Of a stretch of 22,127 bases of DNA, positions 10,008 through 20,150 are shown one piece after another. The translations under genes and the position numbers were made by a program. The number at the start of each line of letters is the position of its first letter. Position 1 is the first letter of the stretch. The DNA is from Octopus sinensis. Taxonomy: Eukaryota. Where the stretch lies: assembly GCF_006345805.1 (NCBI RefSeq), contig NW_021836962.1, positions 1 through 22,127 of the forward strand, read 5' to 3'. The notes beneath the pieces were generated by a model. It did no database searches and was not told the origin of the DNA. It saw only the letters and a list, made by a program, of their open reading frames with translations.

Positions 10008-10174
10008 TATAAGACGGGCTTCTTTCAGCTTCTGTCTACCAAATCCACTCACAAGACTTTGGTCGGCCCGAGGCTATAGTAGAAGATACTTGCCCAAGGT
10101 GCCACGCAGTGGGACTGAACCCGGAACCATGTGGTTGGTAAGCAGGCTACTTACCACACAGCCACTCCTGCGCC
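9797..10174 (-). mobile_element. tRNA-derived SINE (same family as 7141-7576) with a deletion in the 3' part
   Basis: Head and core are near-identical to 7410-7576 and the internal TA tract is present. About 70 bp of the tail is missing between TCTTTTAC and TTATTCTTTG. Confidence 0.9.
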
Positions 10175-10291
10175 TATATATAAATATTACTATATATAAT
10201 TCTGCATAATCCTCACAGAGCGTGTGATATATGTCCGTATTCAATATCCATAACAGAATTTGTTATGTTTGTTTAATAAAGGCACGTGACT

Positions 10292-10627
10292 TAATGATGA
10301 GGGTGTTGCACTGGCGATCGCATCATTGTGATTTCCATTCCCAGACTGGGTAGTGTATTGTGTTCTTGAAGAAGATGCTTCATGTCACATTGGTTCCACG
10401 TAAAAGCACCCAATGCCGATGCCATGTAGAAGCGATTGGTACGATGTCACGTTAAAGCACCCAGTACATTCTGTACAGGGATTGGCGGTGTTAGGAAGAC
10501 CATCCAGTCGTGGAAAGCATGCCAAAACAGACTATTGGAAACCGAGCACTTCTTCAACTTGCAAGCTCCTGTCAAACCGACCAACCCATGGTAGCATGGG
10601 CAACGGACGTTAAAAGATGTTGATGAT
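10292..10627 (+). mobile_element. Retroposon (SINE or LINE 3' end) with internal CACGTAAAAGCACC-type repeats and (GAT)n tail
   Basis: The 3' end AGGAAGACCATCCAG...GTCAAACCGACCAACCCATGGTAGCATGGGCAACGGACGTTAAA(GAT)n is shared with 13145-13286. Confidence 0.7.
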
Positions 10628-10924
10628 ATGTGCGTGTGTGTGTGATACGTCGTCTGTTTTTTCGCTCTTAGCTTAGTTTTTCCTTGGGGCTGGCCAGATT
10701 GGAGCAATCTCAAGTATAATCAGCCGAAATTGCGAAGATAATCTGGAACTTGACTGAGGAAAGAAAACTTCGACTGACCCGTCCTTGTTTTCTTTGTTTC
10801 GTCAATCTGGATGTTTCGTTGTCCCATTTTTGTATCACCTAACTGTCCGGATGTTTTGCGTTCTTGTCCCATTTTGTATTATATATACATATATATATAT
10901 TATATATATATATATATAATATAT

Positions 10925-10957
<33 letters not shown>

Positions 10958-10959
<2 letters not shown>

Positions 10960-11068
10960 CAAATGAGAACATGGAGAAACATTCATTTCGATCATCAACT
11001 TGCGGATGAATTGTAATATCCGCAAGTTGATGATCGAAATGAATTTGTTCTCCATTTTTTCATTTGTA
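10958..11068. repeat. Inverted repeat: perfect 27-bp core with imperfect ~23-bp outer arms
   Basis: 10981-11007 is the exact reverse complement of 11018-11044 (10-nt loop). Outer arms 10958-10980 and 11045-11068 pair with a few mismatches. Confidence 0.95.
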
Positions 11069-11268
11069 TTATGAATTTACGGTAAAAATATTTTTACCTT
11101 CACCCATTCAATACAATAAATGAATTAATTGCTTTGCAATTAAAAGCATTTATGTATTTAGCATTTGGGTACTTTACCAGCAGTATATTGGATAACTGAT
11201 ATCCCATAGTGGGTGACTTTCATAACCCCTATCTTACTTTGTACTATATATATATATAATGTATATGA

Positions 11269-11333
<65 letters not shown>

Positions 11334-11421
11334 AGGTCATATATTTAATGTTTTTAAATCATTCGCTGTCTTCTTTGTATTCTAAGTTCTTTAATTTTGT
11401 TTTTTTTTTTCTTTTTCGCAG

Positions 11422-11717
11422 TTTTTCACGGCGTAATGGGACCCAAAACTACATCATCTGAAATTGAAATATATCTAACGAAATATATATTTGGAGATAG
11501 AAATGCCTTTCATCGTACTTCTAGAAAAGGACCCTTGAAAGCTATGCTTGTGGTCCCAGAAAAATGTAAAATCCAAAGAGGTTCTGGTGATTTTCTGTTT
11601 ATTGCGAGAAAGCGATTGGACAAAGCACATTTAACTTGTGCGCCATATTTGAGTCACTGGAAAAAAATCAAGGAAAGAGCTCTTGAAACTGGAGCAATGC
11701 AATGTGCTTACGATTGA
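11422..11717 (+). CDS. METRNL: Meteorin/Meteorin-like protein, terminal coding exon (NTR-like C-terminal domain)
   Basis: Long polypyrimidine tract then cgcag|TT. Reads (I)FHGVMG...VVPEKCKIQRGSGDFLFIARKRLDKAHLTCAPYLSHWKKIKERALETGAMQCAYD*, matching meteorin PxxCGxxxGxGxFLFxGxxRxGxAxLxCAPxxxxW. Stop TGA at 11715-11717. Confidence 0.95.
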
Positions 11718-12986
11718 AAGATGAAGAAGGATTGATGAAAGAAATTTTGAAGAGCAGCTAATAACAAGAAAAACATCGTGGAACAAAAGAAAAGAAAGGA
11801 AGATTTTTTTTTTTTAATTCCTTCGTGAGTTTCTTCTATGCCTCTCTAGGTCAATGAAGCAGAATTTTGCCGATTATTGGTGGAAAGAACCGAAATTCAA
11901 TGCATTTTTACACCCGATTCCATTCACGAATCATTTTTTGGTTCATCTGTGATCGCTTATTTCGTTCTTCCACAACGAAATGGATGCAAGATTAAGACAA
12001 AAATAGTAAGAAGTGATCAAAGATCGACCTGTAGTGAGGTGTTTAGTTCGTGGAATGAACTGCAAAATTGAAAGTCTAAATATCTACAGAGTTTGGCAAA
12101 ATAACTTTTTATATTGACAAGAAACTTTCTAGCCTATGAGTCAGTAAGTGCCATGTGTGTGAATTTTGACAACCGTATCCTACTAACTGATAAATTGGCG
12201 TTTTGACTAATGACAGATGACAGATGACAGATGATTGACTGCACAGACATTGGCACAGGTTTATGTATTGTTCATGACAGATTACGAATCACGTGAGATA
12301 TTTGTTGCAAACTTGATAGATCGAGAGTGAATCTGAAAGCCCACACAAAACGGACATTTTAATCCAAGTCATGTTATATAATTTGTTCATATATGTACGC
12401 ATGTATTTGTGTGTGCGTTTGTGTGTGTGTGTGTGTACATGCGATATAGGTTGACAATCTAGCTCAGTATGGTCAAACAAATCTCTGATTAACTTACTGT
12501 TAAACAAATCCCTGATTTGCTTACCGTGTGTTCACGTAATTTGTTCGAAAGAGATGAAACCTCTCACTCGTTGTGTTATACTTATATGTTTCGGACACTA
12601 AACTACACTTAAATTAAAAGCTCGGATATAAAATATAGCAACAGAGGACCAAACGTCATAATACTCAGCGTTGAGTGATTACAAATATTACATAATCAAA
12701 ATATCGAGATGACCAAATCGAATGATTACCAATTGAATTCCAGCTCAAAGACAAAACAACAAAACATTGCCAACGTGGGTCTACAACCTGCAACTTTTTA
12801 ATCATTTGTTTTTTTTTTACTGTATTTTTCAATTAGTTTTTACTATATATTTGTTTATTTTTGTTTTCATTCTCTTTATACTTTTTTCTAAAACAGTATG
12901 TCACACACATACACACACAATTATGAATTTTTTTTCTTCCGATCTCCACACACTACTATATATATATATATACATACATACATACA

Positions 12987-13022
<36 letters not shown>

Positions 13023-13102
13023 TATTATATATGTATATATATATACATATATTTATGTATATATATATATATGTAATATATATACATATATTTATGTATA
13101 TA

Positions 13103-13144
<42 letters not shown>

Positions 13145-13145
<1 letters not shown>

Positions 13146-13286
13146 AGCATTAAGAAGGGCATCCAGCCGTAGAAACCATACCAAATCAGAGTGAAGTGTG
13201 ATGCAGCCCCTCAAGCTTGCCAGCCCTGGTCAAACCGTCCAACCCATGTCAGCATGGACAACGGACGTTAAATGATAATGATGATA
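13145..13286 (+). mobile_element. Retroposon 3' fragment (family of 10292-10627)
   Basis: TAAGAAGGGCATCCAGCCGTAGAAACC...GGACAACGGACGTTAAATGATAATGATGAT. Confidence 0.7.
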
Positions 13287-13885
13287 CATATATATATGTA
13301 TGTATATATATACGCACACACACACACATTTGATATATATATATACACACCCACACATACATGTTTATATTATGTATGTGTGCATACATAGCATATCTCC
13401 GAAAAAATCGTCGTTTAATGTACATAATGTATATAAGATACACACATACATTAAAAATTATGTATATAGTGTGCGTGCGTGTATGTGTGTGCGTCTATAT
13501 GTGTGTATATATGTGAATGCGCGCGCGTGTGTGTGTGTGTGTGTATTGTATTGTATATATGTATCATAATTATAGACATATCTATACTACATTCATATCA
13601 TTTGAGGGACCAACCAAAAATTTTTCTTTTTAAAAATGGAGGCATTTTGTGTTTAATACTTTCAGAACATTATTTGTGATAATTTCTGCCATCGAGCTTT
13701 CTCCCTAGTGGTTTTATCTTTTTCTTTTCTTTTCTCTATTATTTTTTTTTTTTTTTTTTTTGTATTTTTGTATTTTTATCTTTGTACTTTAAATTGAAAA
13801 AAGATCAGAGACTAATTTTACTATCACCAGACTAGGAAATGACGAGTCAGCCCAGCAAAAATAGAAGTACACCAAATATATTTAA

Positions 13886-14194
13886 CCCTTGGGTATTTAA
13901 ACAGGCCCAAATAGTCAACATGTCTCACGTTTGGAACGGCCAGATCCAGCCTCTCACACCAACGCTACAATATCATTGTAGAAATAAACGATCACATCGT
14001 GGAAATCAAGGCTGTATCCAACCCAAATATTCTACCTGTTTTATATTTGAACGGGTCAGAACCCGATTATTTCATCGTAAAAATAAACAATAACATCATC
14101 GAAATCTCGAAGCTACGAGATAACATCTGATTAATTCGAAACAATGTGAATAAATAAGCATTACATTTTACGGAGTAATCTGAATGTTAAAGGA
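13886..14194. mobile_element. Probable decayed piggyBac-type MITE with an internal ~100-bp duplication
   Basis: Left end TTAA|CCCTT; degenerate right end AAAGGA|TTTA. 13906-14008 is alignable to 14022-14106. The TIR match is weak in this copy. Confidence 0.45.
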
Positions 14195-15014
14195 TTTAGA
14201 GTCCTGTGAATATTTTGTATTCAAAACTTGCTGGGTACAAATGACTCTGCTTTTGCTCCTCTTGGAATTGATAAAATTAGTACCTGATACATTTGTGGTC
14301 GAATTAATCGGCTTTTTACAACTTCCTGTTGTATTTGTACCAAACAAGTATGACTTATATCGACATCAACAGGAAGTGATATTTTTTATTCCATTTCAGG
14401 ACCAACATTTTATTTTTCTGTGTATGTGTTTAAGGGACAAGGGAAAAAAGGGGAAATTTAATAAAAAAATAAATAAATAAATAAAATAACAAAGACTATT
14501 TTCAAAGTCAGCATACTGAAAAATTCTTTTAATATCATTTTTAATGGAAATGGGTTCGCCAATTTTTTAGGGTCCACCTGAAGTTTCTTTGCTCATCTTT
14601 TGGGAACAATTATTTACCGTTAATTCTTTAGAATGACTGAATTCTTAATGAATTTTATCAATCATTTTTTTTTTCTTTTCTTTTTTTGTCTGAGTCAGAC
14701 CATATTATATTATTGTCCAACAACCGGTGCTGTTGTGATGATGATGATGACGATGATAATGGTGATGGTGACGATTATCATGATGAGTAAGTAATAGGAG
14801 GAGGAAGATGAGGGGAAATAAGTAAATATTGGACCAACGGTCGAAAAAAAACAAATATAGTCTCTAAGAATGAAAGAAAATCTAAAGTCGATTAGAGAAT
14901 GTCGATTGGAATGCATTTGTACATGTGTGTGTGCGCGCGCGTATGTTCTGCGTGCGCACGTTTACACGTGTTGTGTTATCGATAATTGTGTATATGTGCA
15001 CTCAATTACTGTGC

Positions 15015-15074
<60 letters not shown>

Positions 15075-15168
15075 ATATATATATGTAGGTCCCGGGTTGA
15101 GTCGGGGTTAACCACAGTAAATAAGGTACTCAATACATGCAGAGTAAATTAATTTATTTTATAGAAGG

Positions 15169-15219
15169 AGCTTCTACAGGACTAGTACTGTTTCATTCAA
15201 ATGAAATCATCAGGAAGTT
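15169..15219 (-). ncRNA. Type I hammerhead ribozyme motif, family A (left arm)
   Basis: AACUUC-CUGAUGA-UUUCAUUUGAAU-GAAA-CAG-UACUAGUC-CUG-UA-GAAGCU; one A-C mismatch in stem I. Confidence 0.72.
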
Positions 15220-15605
15220 GGCTGTCAAAATAAGGTTTGGTATTTATACATTTAGGCAGATTTAGTAGGGTGGGGGGACGTTTTTGGGGTAAGCAGGGCA
15301 CATACTTTCGTTCTTATGGGAGTGGTCAAAAGAATCAGTGATAAAGTAAATAAATGAATAAATAAATAGAATAATTGAATAGAGTTTTAGGTAAATTAGA
15401 AGACTATTGCTTTTAGTCAGTGTGTTGTTGTTGTTATTAAGTTGAGGGAAAGAAGTAGATAAATGAAAAAAACATATAAAATAAGTATATCATACAACCC
15501 TTACATACACATTGCGAATATCCAATATATACATATACATATGCCCATGTATATACATACAGACACACACATACTTACTACACGTAAATACACAAGCACA
15601 TATAT

Positions 15606-15653
<48 letters not shown>

Positions 15654-15739
15654 TATATATACATATATACATACATATATATACCACCACCCACTAAATC
15701 TGCCTAAATGTATAAATACCAAACCTTATTTTGACAGCC

Positions 15740-15790
15740 AGCTTCCTGATGATTTCATTTGAATGAAACAGTACTAGTCCTGTAGAAGCT
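15740..15790 (+). ncRNA. Type I hammerhead ribozyme motif, family A (right arm)
   Basis: Stem I AGCUUC/GAAGCU (6 bp), intact CUGAUGA and GAAA core, stem II UUC/GAA, stem III ACAG/CUGU with a palindromic ACUAGU loop, GUA triplet (predicted cut after 15784). The 10.1-11.1 position is a non-canonical U-U. Confidence 0.78.
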
Positions 15791-15829
15791 CCTTCTATAA
15801 AATAAAATAAAATATATATATATATATAT

Positions 15830-16233
15830 GGATCTTTTCGGTTTGAATGGCAGCTTTTTCTAGCGGTGTCATATGAAGTTGTCACCCATAATTATGACCC
15901 TAGTATCGATCTATTGCATTTCAATTTGTTTTAGGGTTAGGGTAGGGGAAGGATATCTTTTTTTTTTCTTCAGAAATGTAAATAAGCCCAATCTGTTTCT
16001 TAAACGAGGGACATATTCATACGGCATAGAATGTTTTCACTTCAATAGACGTCATTGATTGGTTGAAATTGCAGAAATTGAAGAAAAAAAACAAAATATC
16101 TTACAAACTATAGAATTTTGTCAATAAAGCCAAGATGAAAAGATGTTTTATAAACACATTCTACCAGTATACAAAGTTTAAAAGTGTTTAGTGACGTGGA
16201 AATTATTTTAAAAAACTGCCGTTCAAACCGAAA

Positions 16234-16237
<4 letters not shown>
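15830..16237. mobile_element. MITE inserted in a (TA)n tract
   Basis: 25-bp TIRs TTTTCGGTTTGAATGGCAGCTTTTT (15835-15859) and AAAAAACTGCCGTTCAAACCGAAAA (16210-16234), 2 mismatches. Internal TTAGGGTTAGGG. Confidence 0.85.
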
Positions 16238-16268
<31 letters not shown>

Positions 16269-16364
16269 GCATGTGTGTGTGTATGTGAAACAATTGTCAC
16301 GGACTTATTGTAAGACATTTTAGCGCAGACGTTTTTGTGTTGTATTAACGTTTATCTCGGTCTC

Positions 16365-16402
16365 TCTACCACCTTTCTCTCTCTCTCTCTCTCTCTCAAT
16401 AT

Positions 16403-16490
<88 letters not shown>
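16365..16490. repeat. (CT)n followed by a long (TA)n microsatellite
   Basis: Visible runs. Confidence 0.95.
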
Positions 16491-16493
<3 letters not shown>

Positions 16494-17188
16494 ATGAGCA
16501 TACTCTCTATGTCTGTGAAGAACGTGTTTGTGACAAATCGTGTTCAATGAATATATTCTAATCTCTCTCTCCTCTTCTCTCTTTCTGTCTCTCTTACTCT
16601 TTCTATCTTTATGTTCATATTTCTATATACTCGCGTGCATGAGTGTGTTGTGTGTGTGTGTGTGTGTGCGTATTTGCTTCCAGTGTCAAAACCTATTATC
16701 ACCAAAACAGGCTGAATGTCAAGTTAGCCATGCCAAATAATCAGCGTCCAAACAGCTGCGCCCAATCCTCCCACTCCGTTTATGAATAGCTGCCTGAAAA
16801 TTATTCCTTGAATTTGTGGTGGTCGTCCTTGTTGTTTCCAGTCTTCCCCACATTCCATTTTTTTTCTGGAAACATCCTGAAGTTTTTAGAGATGAAGCTA
16901 GTATTAAAAGACATTTGCTTAGAAATAGTAACACAAGATAGGGGAAACCCAATTTAACAACTTGTATGGTTGGTCTGATCACACCTGTGAACGTATGCCT
17001 ATCTATGTGTAGAACTATGTCTGTATATATTTATGTGTGTAACTGTCTACTGTGTATTTGTTTGTTTACGTGTATAACTATCTGCGTCTATCCGTCAATA
17101 TGTATAACAGTCTGTATGTATCTGTCTTATGTATACCTGTGTATGTGTGCATCTACTTGCATATCTGTCTGCGTGTGTCTATGTGTAT

Positions 17189-17285
17189 AGGTGTGGTTGT
17201 GTGGTAAGAACGGAGATCAGTCATACTGTGTGGAACCTTCGGCAAATGTCTTCTACTATAGCCTCGAGTCGAACCAAAGCCTTGT
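17189..17285 (+). mobile_element. Internally deleted SINE head (family of 7141-7576), fused to the PLE remnant
   Basis: GTGGTTGTGTGGTAAG...GTCTTCTACTATAGCCTCGAGTCGAACCAAAGCCTTGT; the junction overlaps the PLE at CTTGT. Confidence 0.7.
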
Positions 17286-17713
17286 CCTCTCCCTCAACTG
17301 CTTCTCATTCTTGGAGCAGTTTTACCAAGTCTCGGGAGTGGCCAAGGGAACGACGATGGGCCATAACTATGCGAACCTGCTCGTTGGCTCGTTATATCGA
17401 TGACTGTATCGGGGCGCGACCACACTCTCCCGCGAACAACTAGACTCCTTCCTCTCACCTATCACCTCACATACCACACTACCCTACCCCTCCACCTCGC
17501 ACGTCTTCCCTAACCTACCCCTTCCCTCCTTTAAACGAGCCTATAAACCTGCGTGACCTCCTGCTCCACAGTTTCAATATGTGACCGCGTGTGTATCGTT
17601 GGCGATTTTCTTTCTCCGTCTTCCCTTCTTTGGACCTTTCCTTTTTTCTGTTTCTGACAAAGAGCTCCGCTCGAAACGTTAAATCCTCCTTCTTTCTTCC
17701 TTTCCTGAACGTC
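17281..17713 (+). mobile_element. Heavily internally deleted Penelope-like element (RT motifs, linker, terminal repeat with hammerhead)
   Basis: In order: LVLSLNCFSF..FYQVSGVAKGTTMGHNYANLLVG (17281-17388), RYIDDCIG (from 17390), LSREQLDSFL, FPNLPLPSFKRAxNLRDLLLHS, then a non-coding tail with a hammerhead motif. Confidence 0.85.
17649..17685 (+). ncRNA. Minimal type I hammerhead ribozyme motif, family B (G8A core variant)
   Basis: UGUUU-CUGACAA-A-GAGC UCC GCUC-GAAA-CG-UU-AAAUC; same family as 8055-8091. Confidence 0.6.
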
Positions 17714-17715
17714 TT

Positions 17716-17760
<45 letters not shown>

Positions 17761-17763
17761 ATA

Positions 17764-17803
<40 letters not shown>

Positions 17804-17964
17804 ATCTGTGTATGATGTGTGTATAACCATAATTGTCTATGTGTATAACAGTCTGGTGTGTATCAGTCTTTATATATTACTCTCTATGTGTATATGTCTT
17901 GTGTATTATGTGCATGTATGTATGTATGTATGTATGTAGGTAGTATGTATGTATGTGTCAATAG

Positions 17965-18055
17965 ACACAGGGATTGATCATTCGGGTTGATGTAGTCGAC
18001 TTGCCCACCTCCTCTAAAATTGTTGGTTTTGTGGCCAAATTAGACACAATCATTA
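17965..18055 (+). mobile_element. Decayed SINE 3' fragment
   Basis: GGGTTGATGTAGTCGACTTG...CCTCTAAAATTG resembles the 3' part of 18064-18306. Confidence 0.45.
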
Positions 18056-18063
18056 TTTTCCTT

Positions 18064-18306
18064 AAGGCAGTGAGCTGGCAGAACCGTTAGCACGCCGGGC
18101 AAATTGCTTAATTGCATTTCGTCCGTCGTTACGTTGTGTTCAAATTCCGCCGAGGTTCACTTTGCCTTTCTTCTTTTCAGGGTCAATAAAATAATGCCAA
18201 TTGAGTACTGGGGTCCGTGTGATCGACTTATTTCCTCCCCACAACATTTCAGGCCTTGTGACTATAATAGAAAGGATTATTATTATTATTATTACTATTA
18301 TTATTA
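18064..18306 (+). mobile_element. Monomeric relative of the multimeric SINE, with a different 3' end and (ATT)n tail
   Basis: Head AAGGCAGTGAGCTGGCAGAACCGTTAGCACGCCGGGC; body TTCAAATTCCGCCGAGG...TTTGCCTTTC; ends CCTTGTGACTATAATAGAAAGG(ATT)n. Confidence 0.85.
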
Positions 18307-18741
18307 TCTGGTGTAGTTGGTTCCTATTTTATTCTTCTTGTAGAACGTATGGAGACTGGGAAAGGTCTTTTGTTTAACTTCCTTTTTTTTTTTAATGCTG
18401 AAATACCTTAATAGGGCTGTAAATATTAAATTATATATTTATAAAAAAAAAACTCTTTGTCAAATCATTGGTCGTTAAATGTTTTTCTTTGTCATTTTTG
18501 TAAAGAAATACGAAGAAAATAGACAAAATTGTAACAGTATTTTGTAAAATCAACATAAATTGAAACAATTTAAGTTGCCAAAAATAAAATAAACAAATAA
18601 AAATGAATACAATGTACTTCTGTGTCTTGTTTTTACTTTTCGATCTGTTGTATTGTAAATGACGCTTCAAGTTAGGAAACTTTCGACATAAACACATACA
18701 ACAGGCATAAACACATACAAAAAGACTACGTCGCTTCCTCA

Positions 18742-18860
18742 TCTATTATATAAAATCCGTTCTGTCTGTCTGTGTGTGTGTGTCTTCTCGGATCTCGGGC
18801 ATCCTCCATCCGATTGCGCTCAAATTTGATATGTAGATACCGACGGTATCAGGGCTATAA
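18742..18860 (+). mobile_element. Non-autonomous Helitron-like 5' end
   Basis: A|TCTATTATATAAAA start, then a (GTCT)n/(GT)n run, then CCGATTGCGCTCAAATTTG, an architecture typical of Lep1-type Helitrons. No 3' hairpin or CTRR end was identified. Confidence 0.5.
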
Positions 18861-19364
18861 TTTGAGGAGTACGACTTTCCATACCTCGTTTGTGAAAAGA
18901 CCCCAGTTGCAGCTCTGGATCAAGCAAAGACCACAACTGAGTGTCTGATACTTGGAACAATGCCAGGTGCCTAGTCCTCTATCAATCGAACAATGCGGCC
19001 GGTGAACCTTTCATAATAACAGTTGACAGAACACTGGTGATGAGGAAGAGGGATGAGATTCTTGAGGAAACACTGTACGTCAACGACAAGGGAACCCAAG
19101 TCTTTGTTTATCTATTTCGTGTACGGTTTCAATCCATCTATACGTAGCAGATGGTTTATCTTCAGCCTGGTTTTAACGAGCTCATAAATATAGAATTTCT
19201 TACTATGCTTATCAGAGGAACTAACGCAATCACAAAAAGCAACAAAGAACGCGAGTCTCCTTAAAATATTCCCCTCCGTATTTTCACACATACTAATGTT
19301 TCATTTACTCCTATTACTTCTACTTCCTATGATTTCATACCCGCCTTTTTTTTCCCCCCTAAAT

Positions 19365-20150
19365 AGTTGTTAACCTTTTCATTGACCCCAAGTATTCTCA
19401 GGCACCCTAAAAGCCGACTTCGATTTTCGGTAGGTTCTCGCACGCTTTCTTGAAATCTATTCAACCAACAGTTTATCTTTCTTACTCGTCGTACCTCACT
19501 GAAAATCCTGCTCCATTACACAACACATCAACAGCCCCCCTCTTATTTCTTTTCTGCATTCCCTTTATTCTTCTGCTAATAGATACACCTTCACCAGTGT
19601 CCTTTCTTGTCTGACTCATGCTGGTGTTCATTTTCCATACGAGCAAAAGAATTAAACGGTGCTATTTAGCTGTGTCCACTTGTGAGATTTAAAACCCAGA
19701 ATCCAAAAACACCACCGGGTCCAGAAGCTTTCCAATTTGGTACCTTTTAAAGTACGTTTTCCCCTTTTATTCTGTAATACTTACATTTTCTTGTCTTTAC
19801 TTATTTTCCATTTCACCTTTACATTTTCTTAACTAGTCTGCTTCCCTGTTATGTTGAACCTCATTGCTTCAGAATTGAACCTCATTGCTTCAAAGTTGAA
19901 CGTCATTGCTCCAAAGCTGCTCTCATTTAAACTTTTGAAATAAGCCTGTTTGCCTCCTTTGTAACATCCTGTCCTTCCATGAATTCAGATTTGTTTTTAA
20001 ACTTTACTTTTATTTCTTTCTGATGATTCATGTCCGTTTCTGCTATTCCTGGTTCACTTTCCATTTCTATGTAGCCTTGTTCTTCATCTTTTTTTCTTCT
20101 TTTTATCTTTTTGCTTAGTTTAGTCATTAGGCTGCGCTCATGCTGAAATA
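19365..20150 (-). pseudogene. Decayed non-LTR retrotransposon RT remnant, R4/Dong-like
   Basis: Ordered minus-strand motifs: KKIKRRKKDEEQ; LWSN..QHNREAD*LRK; KVPNWKASGPGGVFGFWVLNLTSGH; PA*VRQERTLV; LLAEE*RECRKEIRG; VG*IDFKKACENLP. Many stops and a deletion within the RT. Confidence 0.8.
19854..19916. repeat. 21-bp tandem triplication
   Basis: TTGAACCTCATTGCTTCAGAA / TTGAACCTCATTGCTTCAAAG / TTGAACGTCATTGCTCCAAAG. Confidence 0.95.

Larger units (their letters stand above)
15085..15806. mobile_element. Penelope-like insertion with inverted terminal arms (15153-15273 and 15687-15806)
   Basis: The ~120-bp arms differ by one substitution and one 1-bp indel and are 413 bp apart. Each carries a hammerhead motif followed by AATAAA-rich sequence, pointing outward. 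PLE origin is inferred; no RT coding sequence was seen here. Confidence 0.7.

Noticed and set aside
10754-10790. CTGAGGA...CTTCGA hammerhead-like string
   Set aside because: No GAAA core and no complementary stem I could be formed.
11422-12085. Apparent decayed Tc1/mariner transposase (FGD..AFH, LWSQKN, TPDSIH-like patterns)
   Set aside because: It needed several frameshifts. One uninterrupted frame with a strong acceptor matches the meteorin C-terminal domain far better, and the rest is best read as 3' UTR.
14184-14480. 98-aa hydrophobic ORF
   Set aside because: It starts in the MITE end, is AT-rich, has no recognisable family and no convincing splice sites.
18941-19147. Second meteorin C-terminal exon or C-type lectin fragment (IITV..VMRK, WNNARC)
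   Set aside because: The conserved cysteines and motif order are missing, there is no good acceptor, and the real terminal exon is at 11422.
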